A stretch of 64,000 bases of DNA from Bdellovibrionales bacterium (lineage in GTDB: Bacteria > Bdellovibrionota > Bdellovibrionia > Bdellovibrionales > UBA1609), in assembly GCA_041739415.1 (NCBI GenBank), contig JBGSNU010000013.1, positions 2,029 to 66,028 on the forward strand, written 5' to 3'. The stretch's first letter is position 1; every line of letters begins with the position of its first letter. Shown here piece after piece: positions 55,706 to 64,000 of this stretch. Both the position numbers and the translations under genes were made by a program. The notes under the pieces are model-generated. The model was not told where the DNA came from and ran no database searches. It was given only the letters and a program-made list of their open reading frames with translations.

Positions 55706-56694
55706 TTTCGCACCTCAACGAGAATTCGCCCTTGCACCTGTCGATGCATCACTTCATCACAGGCCAACGAGACATCCTTAAGGCCCACCACACGTTTAAC
55801 AATAGCGTCTAAGGTTTTTGGTCGCCAGGTCGTTGCCAGTTTTTCCCATAGGCTGAGGCGGAGATCGCGTGGGCAATTGTTGGAGCTAATTCCAACAAGA
55901 CTCACGCCGCGCAAAATCAGCGGCATGACGGTCGTGTGAAGCTCGGCGCTTTCGGCCAAGCCAACGCAGGCCACATTGCCCCACGTTTGTACATGACTCA
56001 TCACTTTGGCGAGCGATTCTCCGCCAAGACTGTCGATGGCTCCGCCAAAGCGAGCTCGCTCGAGTGGTCGTGCTCCTAAGTCCAACTGATCTGGTGATAA
56101 AATTTGTTTAGCCCCCAGTTGGGTGAGGTAGTTACGAGATTCGTGTTTGCCACTCACGGCGTGCACTTCATACCCGGCTTGAGAAAAAAGTTGCGTGGCG
56201 AAGCTGCCCACGCCACCACTCGCACCGGTGACCAACATCGGACCAAGAGAAGGGCGCTGTCCATTTTGCTCGAGACGATGCAACGCTAGTGCGGCCGTGA
56301 AGCCCGCGGTACCCAAAATCATCGATTCGCGCATGCTCAGGCCGCTCGGCAGAGGAACAACCGCATCGCCGCCCATACGCACCACCTCACTAAAGCCGCC
56401 ATCCGCCATCTCGCCCATTCCACAACCGGTGACCAGCACCTCTTGTCCCGGGGTGTACCTTGGATCTAGGGAACTGAGGACTACGCCAGCCGCATCGATC
56501 CCCGGATTGAGGGGGAAGGATTTGAGAATTTTACCTCGAGCTGTGACAGCCAGTGCGTCTTTGAAGTTAATACCCGAGTAGTGAACTTCAATCAGCACTT
56601 CGCCAGGTGTAAGGTTGTCGAGCGTGAGGCGCTCGAGCATGGGAAAGCTCGTCTCGCCTTCCGCGTGCATGCGTAATGCCCAAAATGGGTTCAT
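55702..56694 (-). CDS. YhdH/YhfP-family NADPH:quinone (acrylyl-CoA) oxidoreductase
   Basis: VHYSGINFKDALA and TGASGGVGS motifs. The ATG at 56694 forms an ATGA overlap with the upstream phosphatase stop. Confidence 0.88.
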   Translation of the reverse strand: MNPFWALRMHAEGETSFPMLERLTLDNLTPGEVLIEVHYSGINFKDALAVTARGKILKSFPLNPGIDAAGVVLSSLDPRYTPGQEVLVTGCGMGEMADGGFSEVVRMGGDAVVPLPSGLSMRESMILGTAGFTAALALHRLEQNGQRPSLGPMLVTGASGGVGSFATQLFSQAGYEVHAVSGKHESRNYLTQLGAKQILSPDQLDLGARPLERARFGGAIDSLGGESLAKVMSHVQTWGNVACVGLAESAELHTTVMPLILRGVSLVGISSNNCPRDLRLSLWEKLATTWRPKTLDAIVKRVVGLKDVSLACDEVMHRQVQGRILVEVRK

Positions 56695-57173
56695 CGAATC
56701 TCCTGTCGTAGATGGTTCAGTAACTCCGCACATGCGTCCTCGAGCAAATCGAGGACGTAGTCAAATCCACTGGCCTCCTTATAGTACGGATCAGGGACTT
56801 CAGTCACATTTTGATGCAAACGACAAAAACTAAGTAGAGGTCGGACCTTGGCGTGGTGCGCACGCTGCGTGTCCAAATTCAACACCTGCCGTTTATTGGA
56901 CTCATCCATGGTTAAAATGTAATCAAACTTGTAAAAATCATCGGGAGCTACGATTTGTCGGGCGCGCAAATCACTCAGATCGTAACCGCGCTCTTTGGCA
57001 TGATGAATCATTCGGTTGTCGGGTGGCTCGTTCTCATGCCAGCCCCCCGTGCCGCACGAATCGATTTCGATCTGGTCCTCAAGTCCTGCATGGCGCACCA
57101 TTTTGCGAAACACGCCCTCAGCCGCAGGCGACCTACAGATATTTCCTAAACAGACAAAAAGCACACGCTTCAC
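56691..57173 (-). CDS. low-molecular-weight protein-tyrosine phosphatase
   Basis: P-loop VCLGNICRSP and a downstream DPYY motif. 160 aa. Confidence 0.92.
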   Translation of the reverse strand: MKRVLFVCLGNICRSPAAEGVFRKMVRHAGLEDQIEIDSCGTGGWHENEPPDNRMIHHAKERGYDLSDLRARQIVAPDDFYKFDYILTMDESNKRQVLNLDTQRAHHAKVRPLLSFCRLHQNVTEVPDPYYKEASGFDYVLDLLEDACAELLNHLRQEIR

Positions 57174-57260
57174 CTGTCACTCCATATTTGATTTTAGACT
57201 GCAGTTTATCTTTGCGCTTCAGCATGGTAGGCAATGTAGCTCAGCAAGAGGGGAGTTTCT

Positions 57261-57812
57261 ATGAATTTTCAGGAACTGACTCAGTCGCGACGTACGATTC
57301 AGCACTTCACCCATGAGCCTGTGGATGCGTCATTGGTTGAGACCGCGTTGAAGCTTTCGCTGTGGGCGCCTAATCATCGCCTGACTTGGCCGTGGATTTA
57401 TTATTGGCTTGGTCCGGAGAGCAGACTCCAGTTGGCGACCTTGGCAGTTGATCTCAAAAGTGCAAAAGCGCCGGTGAGCGAAATCAAGCGGCAGGCGATT
57501 GAAGGTTCGGTTCTCAATCCCGCCCATATGATTATGATTGGCGTAAAGCGTAGCTCAATAGGGCAGATGCATGAAGACTATGCCACGCTCGCCTGCAGCA
57601 TGCAAATCGTCTGCACAAGTCTGTGGGAAAGTCGCGTGGGCACCAAGTGGAGTACGGGAGCTTTCACTATGCACCCCAAGACTTATGATATTTTGCAAGT
57701 CGATCCTGAGCAGGTGAAGCTTGAGGGGGCATTGCTGGTCGGTGTACCGCAGTCGATTCCTGAGGCACAATCTCGGCCCGACTTGTCGGAGCACTTACAG
57801 CATTTACCCTAA
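57261..57812 (+). CDS. nitroreductase family protein
   Basis: RRTIQHFT N-terminal FMN-binding motif. 183 aa. Confidence 0.85.
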   Translation: MNFQELTQSRRTIQHFTHEPVDASLVETALKLSLWAPNHRLTWPWIYYWLGPESRLQLATLAVDLKSAKAPVSEIKRQAIEGSVLNPAHMIMIGVKRSSIGQMHEDYATLACSMQIVCTSLWESRVGTKWSTGAFTMHPKTYDILQVDPEQVKLEGALLVGVPQSIPEAQSRPDLSEHLQHLP

Positions 57813-58726
57813 CTGGATTTTCGATCCGCCAATTTTTTGCCAGCGTAGGCTTGGGCGGCCTTTTGCAGATAATTGATCATGCGGTGCGAGTCACCAAAGC
57901 GACCGACTGTGATCGTTCCGATGGGGCTACCCTGTTCGTCTATCTTTAAAGTGGAGGCGATGTCGATACGTACAGCCTCTCCATTTTTTTTCAACATCGT
58001 GACGTTCACCACGGGATGAAATCCCAGCGCAAAAACTGTTTCTAATCCGGCCATCGCCTCTTTGTAATTTTCAGAAGGGTACAGCTGGCGCAGCGACTTC
58101 CCCACCAATTCTCCGGGCTCGTAGCCTAGGACGGAGTGAATCATTTTATTGGCGTTGATAATTTTTCCGGTGCGGTCGACGGAGTGCATGAGATAAGGAG
58201 AATCGTAAAACATTTTCTGAAATTCGGTGAGTTGGCGCCGCGTATTCAAAAGTTCTCGTACGGCGGAGTTGAGTTGCTTTTGCAAAACGGAGTCAAGCGC
58301 CTCACGATCATCACCCTTAACTCCGGCCAAATAAAGAATCAGATCTTTAGGGCTCAATGCGCCGCTGAGCTTTCCACCATGGGTGGCATAAATTCGGTGA
58401 TTGGGTGACTCGATCATCAGTTGAAACGCTGTTACGATAGACTCGGTCTCATTCACAAGTACCACGGGATCGAGTTCACCCTTGATCTCATCGAGTGTGA
58501 CCAATTTGTTACCCTCTTGCCTCACGCGAAGGAGCAAGCGGAGCAGTTGAAAGTCGCTGATGACGCCTATGATATCACCCGCTTCATTCATAACCGGTGC
58601 AGTCGTGAGTTTATGGGCGGCAAAAAATTGGGCGGCTGCCTCGAGCGTTGTCGCCTGGGGCAGTGACTGCATTTTTTTGCTCATAAAGGTTTTAACGATC
58701 GGAGTGTGCGGCGGAGTTTGACTCAT
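57809..58726 (-). CDS. CBS-pair + PAS domain signalling protein
   Basis: Two CBS-like modules (TAPVMNEAGDIIGVISDFQLL; IYATHGGKLSGALSPKDL), then PAS (LMHSVDRTGKIINANKMIHSVLGYEPGELVGKSL). I prefer the ATG at 58726. Confidence 0.8.
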   Translation of the reverse strand: MSQTPPHTPIVKTFMSKKMQSLPQATTLEAAAQFFAAHKLTTAPVMNEAGDIIGVISDFQLLRLLLRVRQEGNKLVTLDEIKGELDPVVLVNETESIVTAFQLMIESPNHRIYATHGGKLSGALSPKDLILYLAGVKGDDREALDSVLQKQLNSAVRELLNTRRQLTEFQKMFYDSPYLMHSVDRTGKIINANKMIHSVLGYEPGELVGKSLRQLYPSENYKEAMAGLETVFALGFHPVVNVTMLKKNGEAVRIDIASTLKIDEQGSPIGTITVGRFGDSHRMINYLQKAAQAYAGKKLADRKSS

Positions 58727-58805
58727 CCTACAATTGTGAAGCCCATCCCTATCGCTGGACAAGACCAATTCTACGGGGTTGAACCTCCGTCCAGTCTAGA
58801 AACCA

Positions 58806-59711
58806 TTACAGGGATTTTTGAAACTCCTCCAGCAATCGCTCATCTGAAGCCTGATATCCAGGCGGTTGATAGACCTCGCAATTGAGTTTAGCGGCTTGAA
58901 TTTTATCTTTCAGGTCCTGCCAATGTAGCCCACCAATAACGATAGCTGCAGTTTCGAACTCATGTGGCGCCAGGGCCTTTACAAAAAACTCGTTGCGTTC
59001 GCTCAAGGACTTGCGAAAGGCCTCAACGTCTTGCTTAATCCGGTCTTTGATGGCGTCTATGAGCTTTGGAGCGGCTGTGTCTCTTGGTAGCTTCAATAAA
59101 TCCGCAGCGGTCTCAACATAAAGCTTCTTGCGCTCCAAATCTTTTTGCTCTTCACTTAGGCGAGACAAAAACCCCATCCAACCTCGGAGGTTCGAAATTC
59201 GCAAATTCCCCTCTTGAATCAGGGCCTCGTTGTCACCGCATTGAGTGTTAATTTGCGAGCCAAAACGAGCTTCGAGTTTCAGCGGCACATGAGAGACGAT
59301 CTTGCTGTAGTTCTTTTGTTGCGATTGGGCTTTGAGACTAGTGAAGTCCCAGCCATTGAAAACCGGCTTAAAATCCGCATTGATTTCACCCTCGCACCCT
59401 TCCCCAATCACCAGCTGCAGCGTTTGACTGCGCACGGCCTCGGCTAAAAATTTATAGAGTGCGGCTTGGTTCTGTTCGTGCGGGTATTTCTCTTTGAAGC
59501 CCTTTGTAACAGTCGTGGGAGACAGGTGCCACTGCTTAAGAATTAAAACCTTCTGAGGCGAATCAGACTTCTCGCAGCTGGCGACCTTTTTGAATTGCAC
59601 AGTGGGAGCCGTGCCGCGCTTCTTTTTTTTGCGTCGACTTTGCGTCTCTGCATCTGCCGACATAGACGTGGCTAGACAGAGGCTAAACATAAGTAACCAT
59701 TTTAACAGCAT
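58806..59711 (-). CDS. secreted hypothetical protein (301 aa)
   Basis: Signal peptide followed by a Lys/Arg-rich stretch. No confident family; any resemblance to TraB/GumN-type proteins is weak. Confidence 0.65.
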   Translation of the reverse strand: MLLKWLLMFSLCLATSMSADAETQSRRKKKKRGTAPTVQFKKVASCEKSDSPQKVLILKQWHLSPTTVTKGFKEKYPHEQNQAALYKFLAEAVRSQTLQLVIGEGCEGEINADFKPVFNGWDFTSLKAQSQQKNYSKIVSHVPLKLEARFGSQINTQCGDNEALIQEGNLRISNLRGWMGFLSRLSEEQKDLERKKLYVETAADLLKLPRDTAAPKLIDAIKDRIKQDVEAFRKSLSERNEFFVKALAPHEFETAAIVIGGLHWQDLKDKIQAAKLNCEVYQPPGYQASDERLLEEFQKSL

Positions 59712-59786
59712 AAGATCACCACGTGCTCCAGGTTCGCAGGTTCAAAATTCAATTAAATGGTTCAAGTCAGGTTGAGTCAAGGAGGG

Positions 59787-59817
59787 GGGCGGGGAGGCCT
59801 AGCAAACCTCCCCGCCC
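59787..59817. repeat. GC-rich perfect hairpin in a divergent promoter region
   Basis: GGGCGGGGAGG-cctagcaaa-CCTCCCCGCCC: an 11-bp perfect stem with no flanking T-run on either strand. Confidence 0.6.
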
Positions 59818-59901
59818 TTAAGGATGGGGTTGAGAAAACAAAGGGGTTTTGTCGATCTCTGGGTGCAACTTATCTCGTCCGTTTGAAGTTCAAATGAAAG
59901 A

Positions 59902-59923
59902 GGAATTAAAAGACGTTAATTCC
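59902..59923. promoter_or_regulatory. candidate operator (8-bp inverted repeat)
   Basis: GGAATTAA-aagacg-TTAATTCC, about 40 nt upstream of the response-regulator start codon. Confidence 0.3.
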
Positions 59924-59961
59924 AATTGCGAGCGCGGACATCTGTGGGTAGTTTGATCCGC

Positions 59962-60645
59962 ATGAGAGTATTAATTATTGAAGATGAGAAAAAGACGGCT
60001 GGGTTTATTCGCAAGGGATTGCAAGAGGCCGGCTACGTTGTTGAGGTGGCTGAAAGCGCTAGCGCTGGGCTGACTATGTCGACCAATTCCGAATTTGACC
60101 TTGTCGTACTCGACGTGATGCTGCCAGACGGCAACGGCATGGATGTGGCTCGGCAATTGCGCAACGAAGGCTTTAAGGGTTTTGTGCTGATGCTGACGGC
60201 ACTGGACTCGACGCGCGATAAGGTGCGGGGGCTTGACAGCGGTGCCGATGATTATTTGTCTAAACCATTTGAGTTTGATGAGCTGTTGGCTCGAATTCGC
60301 GCTTTGTTTCGGCGCCGTGAAGGTGGTCGGACGAAGTTGGTATTTGAAGATTTGCAAATGGATTTGGTGCAACGGCGAGTTCTACGGGACAATCAAGAGA
60401 TCACGCTGACGCAAAAAGAATTTTCTTTACTCGAGTACTTTCTGCGCAATGCCAATCGCCCGCTCACTCGCACCGAGATTGGCGAGAATGTCTGGGATGT
60501 GCATTTTGACAACGAGAGCAACGTAATCGATGTGTACGTTCGTCACTTAAGAAAAAAGATCGATGAGCCTTTTGCCTTTCGCCTACTACAAACGTTAACC
60601 GGCTACGGCTATGTTTTGCGACGCGGAGAAAAGATAAGCGAATGA
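59962..60645 (+). CDS. OmpR-family response regulator
   Basis: MRVLIIEDE, LDVMLPDGNG, and SKPF, with a winged helix (LTQKEFSLLEYF...VIDVYVRHLRKKI). I prefer the ATG at 59962. Confidence 0.92.
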   Translation: MRVLIIEDEKKTAGFIRKGLQEAGYVVEVAESASAGLTMSTNSEFDLVVLDVMLPDGNGMDVARQLRNEGFKGFVLMLTALDSTRDKVRGLDSGADDYLSKPFEFDELLARIRALFRRREGGRTKLVFEDLQMDLVQRRVLRDNQEITLTQKEFSLLEYFLRNANRPLTRTEIGENVWDVHFDNESNVIDVYVRHLRKKIDEPFAFRLLQTLTGYGYVLRRGEKISE

Positions 60646-62102
60646 TTGCAGCATTTCGGCGTCAGGGCATTCGGTGGCGAATGGCGATGCTGTACCTTTG
60701 TATTTTCGCAATTGGCTTAAGTGTTTTTTGTACGGTTTTATTTTCTTATTTCAAAACTGTTCAGCTGTTGGCCTTTGATACCACTTTATACAATTTTGCG
60801 GTCGATATCAGTAGCAATTTAGAGATGGATCAGTACGGCCGCTTGGTGGTCATTAACTCCAATGTTGCGGATGCGGGTAAACTGTTTCCATTTCACTTGG
60901 GTAAAAGTTTTTTGGAGATTCGAGATGTTGAGGGGCGGCCACTTCGGCACTCTCGCTCACTCAAAGATCGCAATCTCCCGTTAGATGCAATGACAATGAG
61001 TCGACTGCTGCGAGAGAAGCATGTCTTTCAAACTGTGCGGGCGGTAGCGATTGGCGTAAAATCGACCTCGTCTGAATTGCGGGTTGTGACCTATCTCGCG
61101 CAGCACTCGACTTGGCCAGAGCCCTTGATTTTGCAGGTGGCCGTGCCCCTCGATCTTCCACTGCGAGAGCAGCGTGACCTCTTGGTGTTCTTCTTCGTCA
61201 GTATTCCATTCTTTTTGCTGATTGCAGGTGTTGCGGGAATATGGATGTCGCAGCGAGCGCTCCGCCCCGTGCACGACATGACCTTAAAGGCCCGCGGCAT
61301 CTCGGGTGTTGGAAATCTAGACGAGCGAATTCCGGTGCCAGAGCCCGAAGATGAAATTCGAGAGTTGGCGGTGACTTTCAACAGTCTTTTGGACCGGATG
61401 AACAAAGCCTTTGCCAGTCAAGATCGCTTTATCGCCAATGCCTCACATCAGCTGCGCACCCCACTCACTATTTTAAAGGGTGAGTTGGATCTCTTGCGCA
61501 AATCCAATCCGAATTCTGAAGCCATTCGCGAGGGGCTTGAATCGGCCGGTGGAGAAATCAATCGCTTGATTCAGTTGGTGCAAGACTTACTACTCTTGGC
61601 GCGCTTAGAGGCGGGGCGCGATACCATTCCGTTTGCCATGGTTCAGGTCGATGAGATTTTAATGCGAGTTGTGGCACGGATGCAAAAATTAGCACGACTG
61701 AAGGATTTGACAGTGACAACACAGTTTTCAGCGGAACAGCCGGGGAGTGAGCTGGATGGCCAAGTGCAGGGCGATGAAGAGCTGCTCGATTCGATGTTTG
61801 AAAACTTCATTGAGAATGCGATCAAGTACTCGCCAAATGGAAGCACTGTGGATTTGAGCATGAAGGTGCTCAAAGGGACGATTGAGGTTTTGGTTACAGA
61901 CGCTGGGCCGGGGATCCCGCAGGAGCTGCGACAAAAGATATTTGAACGGTTCACGCGAGTGCACCCTTCGAATGTCATCCCTGGTTCGGGTTTGGGCCTA
62001 TCGATTGCGGGTGAGATTGCCAGTCTGCACAACGTTCGGATCGACCTGTCGGAACCTCCCGGCGGAGGCACCCAGGTGCGTTTGCAGTTTACTAGGGCTT
62101 AG
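60642..62102 (+). CDS. membrane sensor histidine kinase (2 TM + HAMP + HisKA + HATPase)
   Basis: ATGA overlap with the regulator. H-box ASHQLRTPLT, N box NAIKYSP, DAGPGIP, and GSGLGLSIA. Confidence 0.92.
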   Translation: MIAAFRRQGIRWRMAMLYLCIFAIGLSVFCTVLFSYFKTVQLLAFDTTLYNFAVDISSNLEMDQYGRLVVINSNVADAGKLFPFHLGKSFLEIRDVEGRPLRHSRSLKDRNLPLDAMTMSRLLREKHVFQTVRAVAIGVKSTSSELRVVTYLAQHSTWPEPLILQVAVPLDLPLREQRDLLVFFFVSIPFFLLIAGVAGIWMSQRALRPVHDMTLKARGISGVGNLDERIPVPEPEDEIRELAVTFNSLLDRMNKAFASQDRFIANASHQLRTPLTILKGELDLLRKSNPNSEAIREGLESAGGEINRLIQLVQDLLLLARLEAGRDTIPFAMVQVDEILMRVVARMQKLARLKDLTVTTQFSAEQPGSELDGQVQGDEELLDSMFENFIENAIKYSPNGSTVDLSMKVLKGTIEVLVTDAGPGIPQELRQKIFERFTRVHPSNVIPGSGLGLSIAGEIASLHNVRIDLSEPPGGGTQVRLQFTRA

Positions 62103-62155
62103 TTGAATTCCGATGTTGACGCCCGCGCCTGCGCCCATTAATTTCGAGGTCCTTT

Positions 62156-62223
<68 letters not shown>

Positions 62224-62245
<22 letters not shown>

Positions 62246-62885
62246 ATCGTAACGGTAGGCGAACCCCCACGGGTTCCGGTTGCGAATGGTAGAATGGCCC
62301 CTTCTTTTGACTCTTTTCCCTTAAAATTATAAAAGTCTTTGGCTTCGGTTCCGGTGGCCGCCAGTCGGCCGTTCTGATCATCTACGCTTGTTGGTTTAAC
62401 TGGCGCAAACAGTCCGACCCTAATCTTGGTTGGGTGAAGCTCAGCAAATTGAATCAGGTTTGCATAGAGAGGACGGCGTTTTTTCACTGGTGTAGTCTCT
62501 AGAGACTCAATAGTACGCTCGATCTTTTTCACCAGGGCTTGCCTGTCTATTGCATTCATCTGGAACTGAACTGACTTTGATTGTAGCTCCGCCCTAACCG
62601 ACTTGAGTCCTGCGAGGCTTGTGTTTAATTCCTTGATCTGTTCAAAGAATGGATCGGCCGGGATTTCTTGTGGAAGCTCTGATATTCGAGAGATCAGATT
62701 TTGCACTCGCCTTGTTTTTGTGTCGATGTCTGATGTGAGCGACTTCATTTTTCCGGCAAGTGCTGGGAGCTCGCTACTTGTGCTCTTTGCATAGATCTCT
62801 AGCCAATGCTCAACAATGCCCGGTGTCGTAGGTGAAATTTCATTTTCAGTTGAAAGTCGGCGAGAGCGCCGGTTGATTTCTTGAG
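62224..62885 (-). pseudogene. C-terminal fragment of a recombinase-like gene (probably a large serine recombinase), truncated at the IS junction
   Basis: The frame is open from about 62910 down to a stop inside the tRNA 3-prime end. It encodes coiled-coil-like sequence, then KRRPLYANLIQFAELHPTKIRVGLF as in large serine recombinase C-termini. No catalytic N-terminal domain is present, and the upstream end abuts the transposase gene. Confidence 0.45.
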
Positions 62886-64000
62886 TTATGCTGCATGCAC
62901 CTTTCTGTTGTCAATAGTTTCTGTTTGCAATTTTTCAATCTCTCTTAGCACCGTCGGAATATGTTCTGCGCCGTTAATGGCTCTGAAGTTGGACTCCGCA
63001 TTGAGTAGCACAGTGCCGAGCCAACGCTGTGACATTCCATTCTTTGCAGGCTTGCCGCGGTAGTTGGGGTTGTAGTTCTTCACGTTCTTCTCACGGTGGC
63101 GGACGACAGAGAATAAATTCTCGATTCCATTCGTACTTCTCAGTGACGGCCGAAGCTCTTCGGGAACGTTCAGTCGGTGAAGAAGCAGTATCTCTTCCAA
63201 CGCTTCAAGCAGTGAGTTGGCGGCCGATGGATTAATTCCACGGAGCCATTTCTCAAGCTCAGTTAACGCGCAAAGAGCGTCATCATACTTGGCATGATGA
63301 AGGGCAATAGTAAACAATTCTTGTGCACGTTTACGGTATTTCTTCGCCAGGTGTTTTTGAATATTGCGCCCTTTGTGAAGCACGCATCGTTGGTGCATTA
63401 ACTTCTTCCCGAACTTCGCCTTGAGGGCTGCGATGATACCCTTGCCACCATCGGTGATGAACAGGCAACGAGAGGTCAACTGAAGCCCGCGCTCCTCAAG
63501 CTTAGCCAGTAGCTCGATGGTGATCTCGCCGTTTTCGGTCGCGCCTTCCCAAAAGCCCAAGACCTTTTTCTTCCCCAAGATGTCGATCCCCAGAGCGACA
63601 ATGAACGCAACACCGCCACGGTGAACAGTGTCGAGCATGATGGCGAATGGTTTGAAGTCCGCAAGGGACCTCTCGGAAAATTCCTTTAGCTTTTTTGCTG
63701 ATGCCTCGATGAAGTGGCGCGACACCGACGACGGCGAGACGCCGAAGGCGTCCGCCGCCTTCACCACAACTTCCTCATAGCGGCGGCCAGATAGGCCTGC
63801 CATTAAACTCGCCAGGAGCTCGTCAGAGAATTGACCACGCTGCTTGAGCTTCTGGTAGGTTGGCAGTGTGATCTCGCCGTCAGGGCCGACTATGCGCGGT
63901 TTATCGCAACGCACTTTCTGATCACCAACGAAGACTGAACCACCTTCGCTGCCCCATTTGAAAATGCCGGGCGTCAGCGGCGCATGATCCGGCCCGGTGA
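62860..64000 (-). mobile_element. IS256-family insertion sequence (partial; boundaries not determinable in this window)
   Basis: The transposase gene runs off the window, so the other end is not visible. The near end must lie between the transposase stop (62886) and roughly 62800. No inverted repeat could be defined. Confidence 0.55.
62886..64000 (-). CDS. IS256/Mutator-family transposase (5-prime end beyond window)
   Basis: LDTVHRGG...LGFWEGATENGEITIELLAKLEERGL...LFITDGGKGIIAAL...QRCVLHKGRNI...STNGIENLF pattern (DDE Mutator type). The frame stays open from the track GTG (63914) to nt 64000. Confidence 0.85.
   Translation of the reverse strand, partial: TGPDHAPLTPGIFKWGSEGGSVFVGDQKVRCDKPRIVGPDGEITLPTYQKLKQRGQFSDELLASLMAGLSGRRYEEVVVKAADAFGVSPSSVSRHFIEASAKKLKEFSERSLADFKPFAIMLDTVHRGGVAFIVALGIDILGKKKVLGFWEGATENGEITIELLAKLEERGLQLTSRCLFITDGGKGIIAALKAKFGKKLMHQRCVLHKGRNIQKHLAKKYRKRAQELFTIALHHAKYDDALCALTELEKWLRGINPSAANSLLEALEEILLLHRLNVPEELRPSLRSTNGIENLFSVVRHREKNVKNYNPNYRGKPAKNGMSQRWLGTVLLNAESNFRAINGAEHIPTVLREIEKLQTETIDNRKVHAA

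Overview
This 64-kb chromosomal window has roughly 50% GC by eye and is densely coding. I call about 72 protein genes, one tRNA-Leu(CAG), a few terminators or hairpins, and a mobile-element patch at the 3-prime edge. I saw no rRNA, CRISPR array or prophage. The gene content includes many Sec/lipoprotein-signal hydrolases, an RRM-type RNA-binding protein, a eukaryote-type NADP-IDH and many two-component proteins. This suggests a Bdellovibrio-like or Oligoflexia-type Gram-negative bacterium, but that is inference only. Housekeeping genes I recognise: a yejABE-like peptide ABC uptake system (cut at the 5-prime edge), recQ, fabH, an ABC-F ATPase, arfB, a beta-carbonic anhydrase, dps, icd, mscL, folE plus a COG0720 pterin synthase, an RluA-type pseudouridine synthase, a Sua5/TsaC-type synthase, typA, and a PLD-type cardiolipin synthase. 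Regions worth a second look: (1) 3.9-14.2 kb is a phosphorelay-rich island holding an NtrC-type activator plus Hpt, a soluble hybrid kinase, a second Hpt and an OmpR-type regulator. It also contains a translationally coupled five-gene operon in which two paralogous stand-alone receivers bracket two small HPF/RaiA-like proteins. (2) 42.4-45.7 kb encodes a lipoprotein with four ADAMTS-type thrombospondin type-1 repeats fused to a vWA domain, followed by a Cys-rich secreted partner. These head an eight-gene, overlap-coupled minus-strand array that also contains the pterin genes, a 2OG-oxygenase-like gene and an unknown gene. (3) 5.7-8.5 kb is a cluster of two beta-barrel-like secreted proteins (one with an N-terminal CxxCH), a YceI-like protein and a CxxCH lipoprotein. 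(4) 28.1-29.3 kb encodes a secreted papain-fold (Cys...His) amidase-like protein beside a small secreted protein. (5) 62.1-64.0 kb holds tRNA-Leu followed by a C-terminal recombinase-like fragment abutting an IS256/Mutator-family transposase that runs off the window. All functional calls come from motif recognition by eye. No database search was run.
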